Below are positions 48,890 through 57,109 of a stretch of 64,000 bases of DNA, piece after piece. The first letter of the stretch is position 1. Each line of letters opens with the position of its first letter. Origin of the DNA: Patescibacteria group bacterium. GTDB taxonomy: Bacteria; Patescibacteriota; Minisyncoccia; Phycocordibacterales; UBA918. Under the pieces are notes generated by a model. It made no database searches. It worked only from the letters and a program-made list of their open reading frames with translations, and was not told the DNA's origin. Where the stretch lies: contig JAIETH010000001.1 of the NCBI GenBank assembly GCA_019745315.1, positions 13,049 to 77,048 on the forward strand, given 5' to 3'. The position numbers and the translations under genes are program-made.

Positions 48890-48972
48890 TGCGCCGGGAA
48901 GGATTTGAACCTTCGTAGCCCGGAGGCGACAGATTTACAGTCTGTTGTAATTGACCACTCTACCACCGACGC
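48890..48972 (-). tRNA. tRNA-Tyr (anticodon GTA)
   Basis: GCGTCGG...ACAGA-CTGTAAA-TCTGT, long variable arm, GAAGGTTCAAATCCTTC-CCGGCGC-A. No encoded CCA. Confidence 0.88.
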
Positions 48973-49039
48973 ATGTAACGGATAGCACATTTCGCAATGT
49001 GCGTGGGTATACGGTAGCACAGGTTTCAGTCGGGGGGAA

Positions 49040-49945
49040 GTGTGCGAAACTCCTCGCATACCTCAGCGATTGAATGGTATTATTTTAATACGTTATATGG
49101 GCTACCGAGCGGTTATCTTTTCTTTTTTTCTCTTCCTGGTACCACTTGTATTTGTGTATGGTGCGCCGATAGTGCCTCCTCCTCCTTCAAGCGGTCTTGG
49201 ATATAGGGCATGTGATCTGTTGACACTCGTTAACAACGTCATGAAGTTTCTCATATATATAAGTGCGTTTATCGCTGTGCTTCTTGTTGCGTTTGCAGGA
49301 TTTAAGTCAGTGATTGGGGGAGAATCCGCAGAATTAGGAAGTCTCGCTGTTGCGATTGGTGGTGGAATTCTCCTCATGCTTTCTGGGTGGCTCATAGTGG
49401 ATACGGTCATAAAAGTATTTACCGGAGGACGTTTGGGGCCATGGAATTCAATACAGTGTGTTGAGAATTACGAAATAAGCAGGACTACATTTGTTCCTTT
49501 GAGTGGTACAGGTGGCGGAGGTGGGGTGATACCAGGACTTGCTCCCCAGGGAAGAGGAAACTGTTCAGCAGAAGCTCTTACTCCGGTTTTCGGGAGTCAG
49601 GCGGCAACTTTTTCTTGTATCGCACAGCGAGAAAGCGGGTGTAATCCTGGGCTACCGAGCGGTGTCGATGTGGGCGCAGATGGAAACGCGGTTTCGTTTG
49701 GTTTATATCAGATAAATATCAGCGCACACCCAATGGTGTGTGATGGTCAGAGGGTAAACTGTCCTGCTGCATTTTCTTCGATGTATACAGCTCAAAATAG
49801 AGGTGTGAGAGTGGTGAACCAAGAGTTATATATACAGTGTCGTGCGCTTGCGACAAATGCGAACTGTAATTCACAAACAGCACAGTCATTGTTTCAGCGT
49901 AATGGATTGAATCCGTGGCGAGCGCAGAATAATAGGTGCTTCTAG
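49040..49945 (+). CDS. VirB2/TrbC-like pilin domain fused to a lytic-transglycosylase-like (SLT) domain
   Basis: N-terminal block ACDLLTLVNNVMKFLIYISAF...two TM helices is shared with 51058. The C-terminus has AQRESGCNPG...VSFGLYQINIS (the E-S...GLMQ SLT motif). Confidence 0.5.
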   Translation: MCETPRIPQRLNGIILIRYMGYRAVIFSFFLFLVPLVFVYGAPIVPPPPSSGLGYRACDLLTLVNNVMKFLIYISAFIAVLLVAFAGFKSVIGGESAELGSLAVAIGGGILLMLSGWLIVDTVIKVFTGGRLGPWNSIQCVENYEISRTTFVPLSGTGGGGGVIPGLAPQGRGNCSAEALTPVFGSQAATFSCIAQRESGCNPGLPSGVDVGADGNAVSFGLYQINISAHPMVCDGQRVNCPAAFSSMYTAQNRGVRVVNQELYIQCRALATNANCNSQTAQSLFQRNGLNPWRAQNNRCF

Positions 49946-49960
49946 TTCAATAAATACACT

Positions 49961-50512
49961 ATGTCTAACAAAATTATTTTTATACTGATAGCGCTGGTAG
50001 TAGTTATGGCTTTGGGGCTTGGAGTAACTTTGTTTATGAGGAATTTACAAAACCCCGAGGAGCCTACTCCTTCGTTTGAATTTCCAGGCGGGAGCACGAC
50101 TCCACCGACAACGTCAGAAAACACGATTCCGGCTGCTGATACCATGTCTATTCAAAATGCTGAGAACGCTACCGTTTCAATTCGTGATTTTAAAAAAGAC
50201 CCTACAGTGATCGCTGACCCTAATAATGCTGGTCAATATATTATCTCGGGAGGTATTGAGCCATCATATGAAAAAAATGCATTCAGTATTATCTATGTGC
50301 CCATTGATCAAAGTTTCACCGTCACTCTGTTGCAAGAGCCTTTGAATGAATCTCGCGAAAAAGCAGAAAAAGAATTGCTAGAAAAATTGGGGATTGGTCA
50401 ATCAGAATTGTGCGCATTGCGGTATGCGGTCTATGTCCCTCGTTTTGTGAACGATGTACTTGCGGGAGAAAATCTTGGATTTAGTTTTTGTCCAGGCGCA
50501 ATTCCGCTTTGA
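49961..50512 (+). CDS. membrane-anchored hypothetical protein (paralog of 50546-51070)
   Basis: N-terminal TM helix. Shared C-terminal architecture (…ELCALRYAVYV…). Confidence 0.4.
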   Translation: MSNKIIFILIALVVVMALGLGVTLFMRNLQNPEEPTPSFEFPGGSTTPPTTSENTIPAADTMSIQNAENATVSIRDFKKDPTVIADPNNAGQYIISGGIEPSYEKNAFSIIYVPIDQSFTVTLLQEPLNESREKAEKELLEKLGIGQSELCALRYAVYVPRFVNDVLAGENLGFSFCPGAIPL

Positions 50513-50545
50513 TCGTATGGTATCGTATACACTATAGATAAGACT

Positions 50546-51070
50546 ATGATGAAATATCTCCTCATTGTGTTTTTTGGTCTTATGGCAGTCGGAGCAGCTG
50601 GCTATGGAATTTATATCGCAGCTACACAAGACCTGACTACTGAAGAGCCTCCTCTATCAGAGCCTATTACCGTCTTTCCTGTTCCGGCACCCGATACCGT
50701 ACAAGGCGGTTTTATGTTAGTTACAACACGAGATGAAGATAAGGTGCGGGTTGCTGATGTGCGTAAAAATCCTCTTGAGGTACAGATAGATCCTGACACA
50801 GGGAAGCCAATTTATACTCTTGTGTCTTCGCGGTGGGTAGATGGTAGGGGGGAAGGGTATGGACTGGCATTTGATGAGGGCTTTGGACTCTTTGTGGTAA
50901 CGGTGCATGAAGACTCATCTGGTACACAGCAGATACTTGCTGAACGTGAATTGCTTCGACGACTTGAAGTTTCCACTAAAGATTTTTGTCGATTACAATT
51001 TTATCTAACTGTCGTAGAGGCAGACGGATCATGGAGTGAGAGCACGAAACCTTCGCTATGCAATTTGTAA
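50546..51070 (+). CDS. membrane-anchored hypothetical protein (paralog of 49961-50512)
   Basis: N-terminal TM helix. C-terminal …DFCRLQFYLTVV… block. Confidence 0.4.
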   Translation: MMKYLLIVFFGLMAVGAAGYGIYIAATQDLTTEEPPLSEPITVFPVPAPDTVQGGFMLVTTRDEDKVRVADVRKNPLEVQIDPDTGKPIYTLVSSRWVDGRGEGYGLAFDEGFGLFVVTVHEDSSGTQQILAERELLRRLEVSTKDFCRLQFYLTVVEADGSWSESTKPSLCNL

Positions 51071-51939
51071 AACCTCTTAAAAAGATAGCCCAGATTGGTA
51101 TCTATGTCGGCGTACTTTTCTGTGTGCCACTATTGATGTTGGCTGCTGAGCGTCTTGTGCCCTGTGAGGGGAATGCATGTCGGGCATGTGATGTACGAAC
51201 GCTCTTAAAGAAGCTGATCGATTTCATGATCATGCTTGGCGGGTTTATCGCAACTATCCTTCTTATGTTTGCAGGGTTTACCATGGTCACCGCTGCAGGA
51301 AATATGGGGAAGATTGAGGAGGCAAAAAGTACCTTTAAAGCAGTCATTATCGGTATGTTTATCATACTTACGGGCTACTTAATTGTAGATACCTTCATGA
51401 AAACATTTGTAACGGGAAGTGTTTTTAATGGAGCTCCTTGGGATAACATAACCTGCGTACCAAACCCTTTAATTGAACGAACTCCTCCTGCTGCCATTGG
51501 AGGAGGTGGAACTGTGGTTGGAGGAGGTTCGACTGTTGGAGCTACTCCTGGGGATGTGGCTGCTTTGCAGCAAGCAGGCGTCACTGTTCAGTCGGGTGTC
51601 AATATGAGTCAGGTGAGTGGAAGTAGAATAACTCAAGCTGTTGAGATGGCGAGCGCATGTAGTATCGCAAATGGGGGAACTGCAACATCTAATGCGTGCG
51701 GTGTTCAAATTAGCAGTGGGTATAGAGCTGGCAACGGTCAGTCAAATCACGGAAATGGTACTGCGGTGGATATTTCTGGACGTAACGAAACATTTAATAG
51801 GTGGATGAATAGCCAAACAGCAGCACCATCTGCCTTCGGAGGATATAGGACAATTAATACAGGGCAGGGAGCATGTACCTGGCATCCTAACGAGGGTGGG
51901 GGCGGATATCACTGGCATTGCTCAGATACAGGAAGGTAG
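51058..51939 (+). CDS. VirB2/TrbC-like pilin domain fused to a peptidase M15-like (D-Ala-D-Ala/L-Ala-D-Glu peptidase) domain
   Basis: N-terminal block ACDVRTLLKKLIDFMIMLGGFIA...two TM helices. The C-terminus has SNHGNGTAVDISG and GGGYHWHC (the H-x6-D ... H zinc triad of M15). Confidence 0.5.
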   Translation: MQFVKPLKKIAQIGIYVGVLFCVPLLMLAAERLVPCEGNACRACDVRTLLKKLIDFMIMLGGFIATILLMFAGFTMVTAAGNMGKIEEAKSTFKAVIIGMFIILTGYLIVDTFMKTFVTGSVFNGAPWDNITCVPNPLIERTPPAAIGGGGTVVGGGSTVGATPGDVAALQQAGVTVQSGVNMSQVSGSRITQAVEMASACSIANGGTATSNACGVQISSGYRAGNGQSNHGNGTAVDISGRNETFNRWMNSQTAAPSAFGGYRTINTGQGACTWHPNEGGGGYHWHCSDTGR

Positions 51940-52002
51940 TTCGCGGGTTTTGATTGACTAAGCACACCCTTTCACATACCATTCCTTTTGAGGAGATATT
52001 TC

Positions 52003-52076
52003 GGGCGATTAGTTTAGTGGTAGAACATAGGTCTCCAAAACCTACGGTGGGGGTTCGATTCCCTCATCGCCCGCCA
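52003..52076 (+). tRNA. tRNA-Trp (anticodon CCA), CCA-3' encoded
   Basis: GGGCGAT...TAGGT-CTCCAAA-ACCTA...GGGGGTTCGATTCCCTC-ATCGCCC-G-CCA. Confidence 0.9.
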
Positions 52077-52181
52077 AGTCGTGCTAGCACGAGACGCTAG
52101 GAATAAAACTTATAATTCAAATTTAAGTGACAAGTTTTATTTAAAATGAAATTATAAAATATTAACTTTAATAGACTATTT

Positions 52182-52676
52182 ATGAATATAATTAATTTCC
52201 TAGATTTTACAGACCCGCTCGTAATAATGTTTACGGTAGATTTGTTTATTGCACTGGTTATCGGTTTTATAATTGGCGCAGAAAGAGAATCGCGAGGTAA
52301 AGACGCTGGAATCAGTACACATACATTTGTAATTGTTGGCGCGATGTTGTTTACGTTTCTTTCAATGGTTGTTGATCCAGCCTCTAAATCTCGGATTGCT
52401 GCTCAAATTGTTACTGGTATTGGTTTCTTGGGAGCGGGTATTATTCTCAAAGATGGAGCACAAGTTAGAAATTTAACTACTGCTGCTAGTATTTGGTTTG
52501 CCGGAGCAATCGGAATGGCTATTGGTTTTGATTATCATGAAATTGCTATTATTGCTGCGATAGCATCAGTTTGTATTCCTCGCATCCCTCATATCAGTAG
52601 CAAAAAAACGAGGCAAGGCAGTAAAAAAAATACTAACGAGGAAGAAAAAGACGCAATGCAATTTAGTGACGATTAA
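52182..52676 (+). CDS. mgtC: MgtC/SapB-family membrane protein
   Basis: LVIGFIIGAERESRGKDAGISTHTFVIVGAMLF is the MgtC signature region. Confidence 0.75.
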   Translation: MNIINFLDFTDPLVIMFTVDLFIALVIGFIIGAERESRGKDAGISTHTFVIVGAMLFTFLSMVVDPASKSRIAAQIVTGIGFLGAGIILKDGAQVRNLTTAASIWFAGAIGMAIGFDYHEIAIIAAIASVCIPRIPHISSKKTRQGSKKNTNEEEKDAMQFSDD

Positions 52677-52763
52677 TAGTATTGCATGAGCGCCAATTGG
52701 CGAATATTTGTAATTAATTAGAATAGCCAAAATAACATTAGATCAACTAAGAAAAAGCCGGAT

Positions 52764-53444
52764 ATGAAATCTATTATTACTAACCCATGGTTTGAGCGAT
52801 TAGTACTTGCTATCATCGTGGCCAATGCTATTACTCTTGGACTTGAAACCTATCCCGCCATTATGTTGGCGTACGGTAGCACTTTAATGAAGCTAGATTT
52901 GGTTTTTGTCGGGTTCTTTGTAATTGAGCTTTCGTTGCGTCTTTCAGTTTTAGGTCGCACGTTTTGGCAAGACGGATGGAACTGGTTTGATGCGACAGTG
53001 GTTGGGTTAACGGTTCTTCCATTTTTAGGAGTGAGCGGGATTGGTAACGTATCGGCTTTTCGAGCAGTCCGGCTTTTACGTGTTCTGAGCATTATTCCAT
53101 CTTTTAGACGGGTACTCGCGGGTATCGGCCGAGCACTTTCAGGAAGCTTTGCAGTAATGGCAGTATTAGCTGTAATTCTTTATGTATATGCAGTTGTGTC
53201 GGTAAAACTTTTTCGTGATGTAAGTCCTGAAAAATTTGCCGATCTAGGAACGTCGTTTTTTACCTACTTTCAAATTATGACCCTCGATGCTTGGAGCGAC
53301 ATCGTACTTCCTATTATGGCTGTGTACTGGTGGGCGGGAATGTTTTTTGTAAGTTTTATTGTAACAGCTGTATTTATCTTACTGAGTATCCTCATCGGTG
53401 TAGCTAGTAACGCAATGAATGAAAATGACACTGAGAAAAAGTAA
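52764..53444 (+). CDS. voltage-gated ion channel, BacNaV-like (single 6TM repeat)
   Basis: S4 with Arg every third residue (FRAVRLLRVLSIIPSFRRV). Pore loop FTYFQIMTLDAWSDIV, compared with TLESWS(M) in NaChBac/NavAb. Confidence 0.7.
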   Translation: MKSIITNPWFERLVLAIIVANAITLGLETYPAIMLAYGSTLMKLDLVFVGFFVIELSLRLSVLGRTFWQDGWNWFDATVVGLTVLPFLGVSGIGNVSAFRAVRLLRVLSIIPSFRRVLAGIGRALSGSFAVMAVLAVILYVYAVVSVKLFRDVSPEKFADLGTSFFTYFQIMTLDAWSDIVLPIMAVYWWAGMFFVSFIVTAVFILLSILIGVASNAMNENDTEKK

Positions 53445-53537
53445 TTATTTATTGAACGTATTTAAAGTTTGTATGTTTGATGCAAACTAACTTTTTTATT
53501 ATTTAAAGTAAGTTGAGAATTAAAACTAGAAATAATC

Positions 53538-53668
53538 TACCTTTTCTGTTTAAAAGTTCCATCTTTGAGCAAAAACTTAATACACCTCCTAATATCTATA
53601 TCTTCGACTTCAAAGTTAACGCCCTGCCCAAGCAAGAATGCATTTAATCTTTTACGCCCTACACGTAC
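53538..53668 (-). pseudogene. 3'-terminal remnant of a second serine recombinase gene
   Basis: Minus-strand translation ...AFLLGQGVNFEVEDIDIRRCIKFLLKDGTFKQKR* aligns with the C-terminus of the intact recombinase (…SVLGQELNFEIGDIDIKPYIKFLLKDGTIEEKR…). The rest of the gene is absent. Confidence 0.55.
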
Positions 53669-53689
53669 AAAATTGTATATCCAAATCTA

Positions 53690-54025
53690 TTAATAATTTA
53701 TCGCTTTTCGTTTTTTAGGTTCGGGTAACTCATCAAACGTAATTTGTATAAGTTTACTTAACCAAACATGATCTTCAATCTTTTCACTATCAATTTGAAT
53801 TGAAGGCTTTGCCCCAGGACAGGCAATGCCTTCAATATAATCGTTACCTAGATATTTTTGTCCTCCGACTGTCCTTTTTATAAACAATGTATCGCTACAA
53901 ATAAGACCTACTACTTTTCCTTCTTTATACAATGCATATTCGCCAAACATTTTCTTTACAGTGATAGCTCTTAGGTCAACCAGTTGATCTAAAATGTATT
54001 CAACTGTGCTGGGGCCAGTTGCCAT
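53690..54025 (-). CDS. TfoX N-terminal-domain-like protein
   Basis: LRAITVKKMFGEYALYKEGKVVGLICSDTLFIK matches the TfoX_N pattern (MFGG.glY...la.v.dd.LylK). Confidence 0.5.
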   Translation of the reverse strand: MATGPSTVEYILDQLVDLRAITVKKMFGEYALYKEGKVVGLICSDTLFIKRTVGGQKYLGNDYIEGIACPGAKPSIQIDSEKIEDHVWLSKLIQITFDELPEPKKRKAINY

Positions 54026-54031
54026 GTTTTT

Positions 54032-54445
54032 TTAAAATAAACCCAATGCAAAACTAATTACTCCACCCATAAAACCCACAGTTGCAACCGCAGCAATAAT
54101 GTCTGCAATAATTGGTTTAAAGTTATTGAAAAGATGAGATGTGGCGTACCAGTATGTACTCGTCATAATAGAAATCATGCCTCCGATAAATCCTCCAATT
54201 AAAACACCTTCCGCTAGGGTATTTGTTTCTGTCCACTGTGTGAATAGGATGGTGAGAAGTAACGAATATGCGACACAGGAAATGAAAAGCCAGATTAAAC
54301 TCGATTCAGCGTCACTTTTCTTAAAACCTTGAGCAGAGGTCATGTTATTTGCCATGAACTTGCCGAGTGCGAATTCAAATACAAACCACCCGATAATGAA
54401 ATAGCCAACTGCACCCAGGGCTGTTGCGGTAATTATTTCTAGCAT
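54032..54445 (-). CDS. four-helix membrane protein
   Basis: Hydrophobic 137-aa ORF. Confidence 0.4.
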   Translation of the reverse strand: MLEIITATALGAVGYFIIGWFVFEFALGKFMANNMTSAQGFKKSDAESSLIWLFISCVAYSLLLTILFTQWTETNTLAEGVLIGGFIGGMISIMTSTYWYATSHLFNNFKPIIADIIAAVATVGFMGGVISFALGLF

Positions 54446-54486
54446 ATACGAATTATTATATACTTAATTTAATGGTCTTATCTTGT

Positions 54487-55809
54487 TTAATGCAATGATA
54501 TCTGTTTATTTTGCAATAGTATTTCACTTTTAAAACACGACATAATCTCTCGCTTCTCTTCAATCGTCCCGTCTTTAAGTAAAAATTTTATATACGGCTT
54601 AATATCTATATCTCCAATCTCAAAGTTAAGCTCCTGACCGAGCACAGACGCTTCAAATTTCTTATACCTCGTTACTTCAGCCGCGATCTGTTTTTTAACC
54701 GTTAAGTCATGTATGGCTATCGTATCGACTAGACTTTGCAGTTGCTTAATGAGTTCTGTCTCTGAAACATAACCACACGGACAATGTTTATCTATTGCTC
54801 TAGTGCAACCGTAGTAGACATGAACGTTCATACCACCACCTTTCAGCTTTTTGTATTTCTCACTAGCACTAATACCAGATCCGCATAGACCACATTTCAT
54901 AATGCGAGTGAAGGCAAATTCATGGTCTGCTCGTGTCTTTAGCTCATTTCCCTTAACTTGAGCTTGTACCAGATCAAAAAGTTCTTTGGTGATAAGTGGT
55001 GCATGTTTACCCTGATACCAATTGCCACTGTTTTTAGGATATTCAAAGACTCCGTAGTAGAAGTGGTTATCAAGGATTTTGTAGATGTTACCGAGGCTCA
55101 AATGCTTCTTGCTCGGCAACGCTCTGAAATTCAGCTCGAATTTAAGCCAGTTGTATACTTTCCTGCCACTCCACTTTTCATACGCTACTTTTTCAAATAC
55201 CTGTTTAATCACCTGTCCTCTCTCAGGATCAATGTATGTCTCACACTTCCTATCCATGCGTTTTTCTTTTAGATAACCAGTTGGTGCAGGTGCCGGCCAT
55301 AAACCCATTTCAACTCTGGTCTTTAGTCCACGCTTCACATTAATACTTTTGTTGTCGTTTTCTAGCTTGGCTTGAGAACACAGAATCATCAAGAGAAACT
55401 TCTCACTCGGTGTGTTCGTAAATGTTTGTCCGTATGTGCGTATTTCACGGAGTAGATGTTGATCCATGAGATCAACGAGTGAACCGAGGTCACCTGCATT
55501 TCGACTCAATCGGTCTGGATGCCAGACAATAATGCCGTTGAAGCGTTCTCGTCTAATGTCCTCAAGTATTTCTTTAAAAACTGGTCGTTGCCCTGAGTCC
55601 TTTGCAGAATGTGACTCACGCCTAATCTCTACAATCTCCAACCCTTCACGTTCTGCAATTTCACACATCTCCTTAACTTGAGAGTCGATGGAAAGAGCTT
55701 GTTTCTCATCAGACTCAGTACTTTTGCGTGCGTATAGTAGGTACTTAACGGGCACTTTTGGTACATCAGTCTTTACTCCAAAGTTGTTCATTACTTGCGT
55801 TTCCATCAT
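54487..55809 (-). CDS. large serine recombinase (resolvase catalytic domain + recombinase domain + zinc ribbon + coiled coil)
   Basis: YARKSTESDEKQALSIDSQ catalytic Ser region. GIIVWHPDRLSRN. Recombinase-domain zinc ribbon CGLCGS...C..CGY. 440 aa. Confidence 0.85.
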   Translation of the reverse strand: MMETQVMNNFGVKTDVPKVPVKYLLYARKSTESDEKQALSIDSQVKEMCEIAEREGLEIVEIRRESHSAKDSGQRPVFKEILEDIRRERFNGIIVWHPDRLSRNAGDLGSLVDLMDQHLLREIRTYGQTFTNTPSEKFLLMILCSQAKLENDNKSINVKRGLKTRVEMGLWPAPAPTGYLKEKRMDRKCETYIDPERGQVIKQVFEKVAYEKWSGRKVYNWLKFELNFRALPSKKHLSLGNIYKILDNHFYYGVFEYPKNSGNWYQGKHAPLITKELFDLVQAQVKGNELKTRADHEFAFTRIMKCGLCGSGISASEKYKKLKGGGMNVHVYYGCTRAIDKHCPCGYVSETELIKQLQSLVDTIAIHDLTVKKQIAAEVTRYKKFEASVLGQELNFEIGDIDIKPYIKFLLKDGTIEEKREIMSCFKSEILLQNKQISLH

Positions 55810-56002
55810 TAATTAATGACAGACCTGCACGAGATGCATAGCTATGCAGACTAAGAAATACGTCACATACTCGCTGATTGTCCTTAGCAAAAGTGCAAAC
55901 ATGCGATAGAGTGAAATCGGTAGCAAAATCTGCTATTATTGTTCTCGAACAATTGAATATTAGACCTAACCCCTTAAGTCTCTTGAGGATATGGTCGCAA
56001 AT

Positions 56003-56145
56003 CCGTCCAAAGTAAAAAGCTCCTAATCAGGGCTACTTTGGACGGTCATATCGGGAAACTGGTATGGGCATATCTCACGGGGTATGTCGGCTTGGTTAGG
56101 AGCTTTTTGCTATCTGATCAAATTATTAAAAACCGTCCAAATAAT
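56003..56145. promoter_or_regulatory. nested inverted repeats/operator-like motif cluster in the divergent intergenic region next to the recombinase gene
   Basis: IR1 ccgtccaaagta (56003-56014) / tactttggacgg (56035-56046). IR2 aaaagctcctaa (56015-56026) / ttaggagctttt (56096-56107). A third ccgtccaaa copy lies at 56133-56141, directly before the ATG at 56146. Confidence 0.4.
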
Positions 56146-56646
56146 ATGAATACAATCAAAAAATGTCCTAAGTGCCAAAAAGAGGTCGATGCAAAAGCAA
56201 CTAAGTGTCCGTACTGCCAGTCAGACACAAGAAGCTGGGTAAGACAGCATCCAATCGGAGTGTTCCTGCTCTTTCTCATCTTTTTACCAATCGTTATCAG
56301 TCAGATCAATGCTGAACCAACACCAGTGCAGACTCCAGCTCAACAAATTCATGAAGTGAAGTTTCAAAGTGCAAGAATTCTTGCAAAGTCACACATAGAG
56401 AAAATTCCCCTTACTTCACCATCGACAGCAAAATACAATCCACCGACTACAAAAGTTGACCCAACAGATCCGAATCTTTTTGAAGTTTCGTCATACATAG
56501 ACAGTCAAAACGGATTTGGTGCAATGGTTCGTACATATTGGTCAATGAAGCTTAAGTTCAAAGGTGAAGATACTCAAGAATCAGTCGAAACAGATGCAAA
56601 CTGGGAAATCGTTGAGTTCACTTTTGACGGCGAAAAGATTAAGTAG
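56146..56646 (+). CDS. zinc-ribbon membrane protein
   Basis: CPKCQKEVDAKATKCPYCQ zinc ribbon followed by a TM helix. Start trimmed to MNTIKK at 56146. Confidence 0.4.
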   Translation: MNTIKKCPKCQKEVDAKATKCPYCQSDTRSWVRQHPIGVFLLFLIFLPIVISQINAEPTPVQTPAQQIHEVKFQSARILAKSHIEKIPLTSPSTAKYNPPTTKVDPTDPNLFEVSSYIDSQNGFGAMVRTYWSMKLKFKGEDTQESVETDANWEIVEFTFDGEKIK

Positions 56647-57109
56647 TTTTAGAAGCGTCTTTCTGCGGAATCCATCTATCCAGCATCTCTCTCGCTCTCT
56701 TTACTGCATTAGCAGCTTTTTCTGCACTGTCACGGTTTAGCTTTTCTTCCATCTTTCTCTTGTTCTGATAATGGGTCTCAATTCGTTTTTGCTCAAATTG
56801 ATCATTTGAGGCATCTCGATGTCTGAATGGCATTTTGTATGCTTCGTGCCTATGACTTAACCAGTACTTTGTGTATGCAGCATCTTTATTTTTGATGCCA
56901 GTAAGGACATTGCTTTCTGCCACATCATTTACCAAACCCACACCAAATCCCATAGCCTTATTCACCTCATTGAAGCTGTCTTCGCTTTCATTCATCCACC
57001 GATAAAACGTCTGACGAGAAATGCCAAACTTTTCACAAACCACTTGAATAATAGGAGTACGTTCTAGCTCTTCTAAAATCTTACTCCATAACACTTTAGT
57101 TTTCTTCAT
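56639..57109 (-). CDS. HTH protein resembling a phage terminase small subunit
   Basis: KILEELERTPIIQVVCEKFGISRQTFYRWMNE is a terminase-small/transposase-type HTH. A basic coiled-coil C-terminus follows. Confidence 0.4.
   Translation of the reverse strand: MKKTKVLWSKILEELERTPIIQVVCEKFGISRQTFYRWMNESEDSFNEVNKAMGFGVGLVNDVAESNVLTGIKNKDAAYTKYWLSHRHEAYKMPFRHRDASNDQFEQKRIETHYQNKRKMEEKLNRDSAEKAANAVKRAREMLDRWIPQKDASKTT

Noticed and set aside
54958-55681. Plus-strand ORFs inside the serine recombinase gene
   Set aside because: They are shadow ORFs antisense to a recombinase with intact catalytic and zinc-ribbon motifs.
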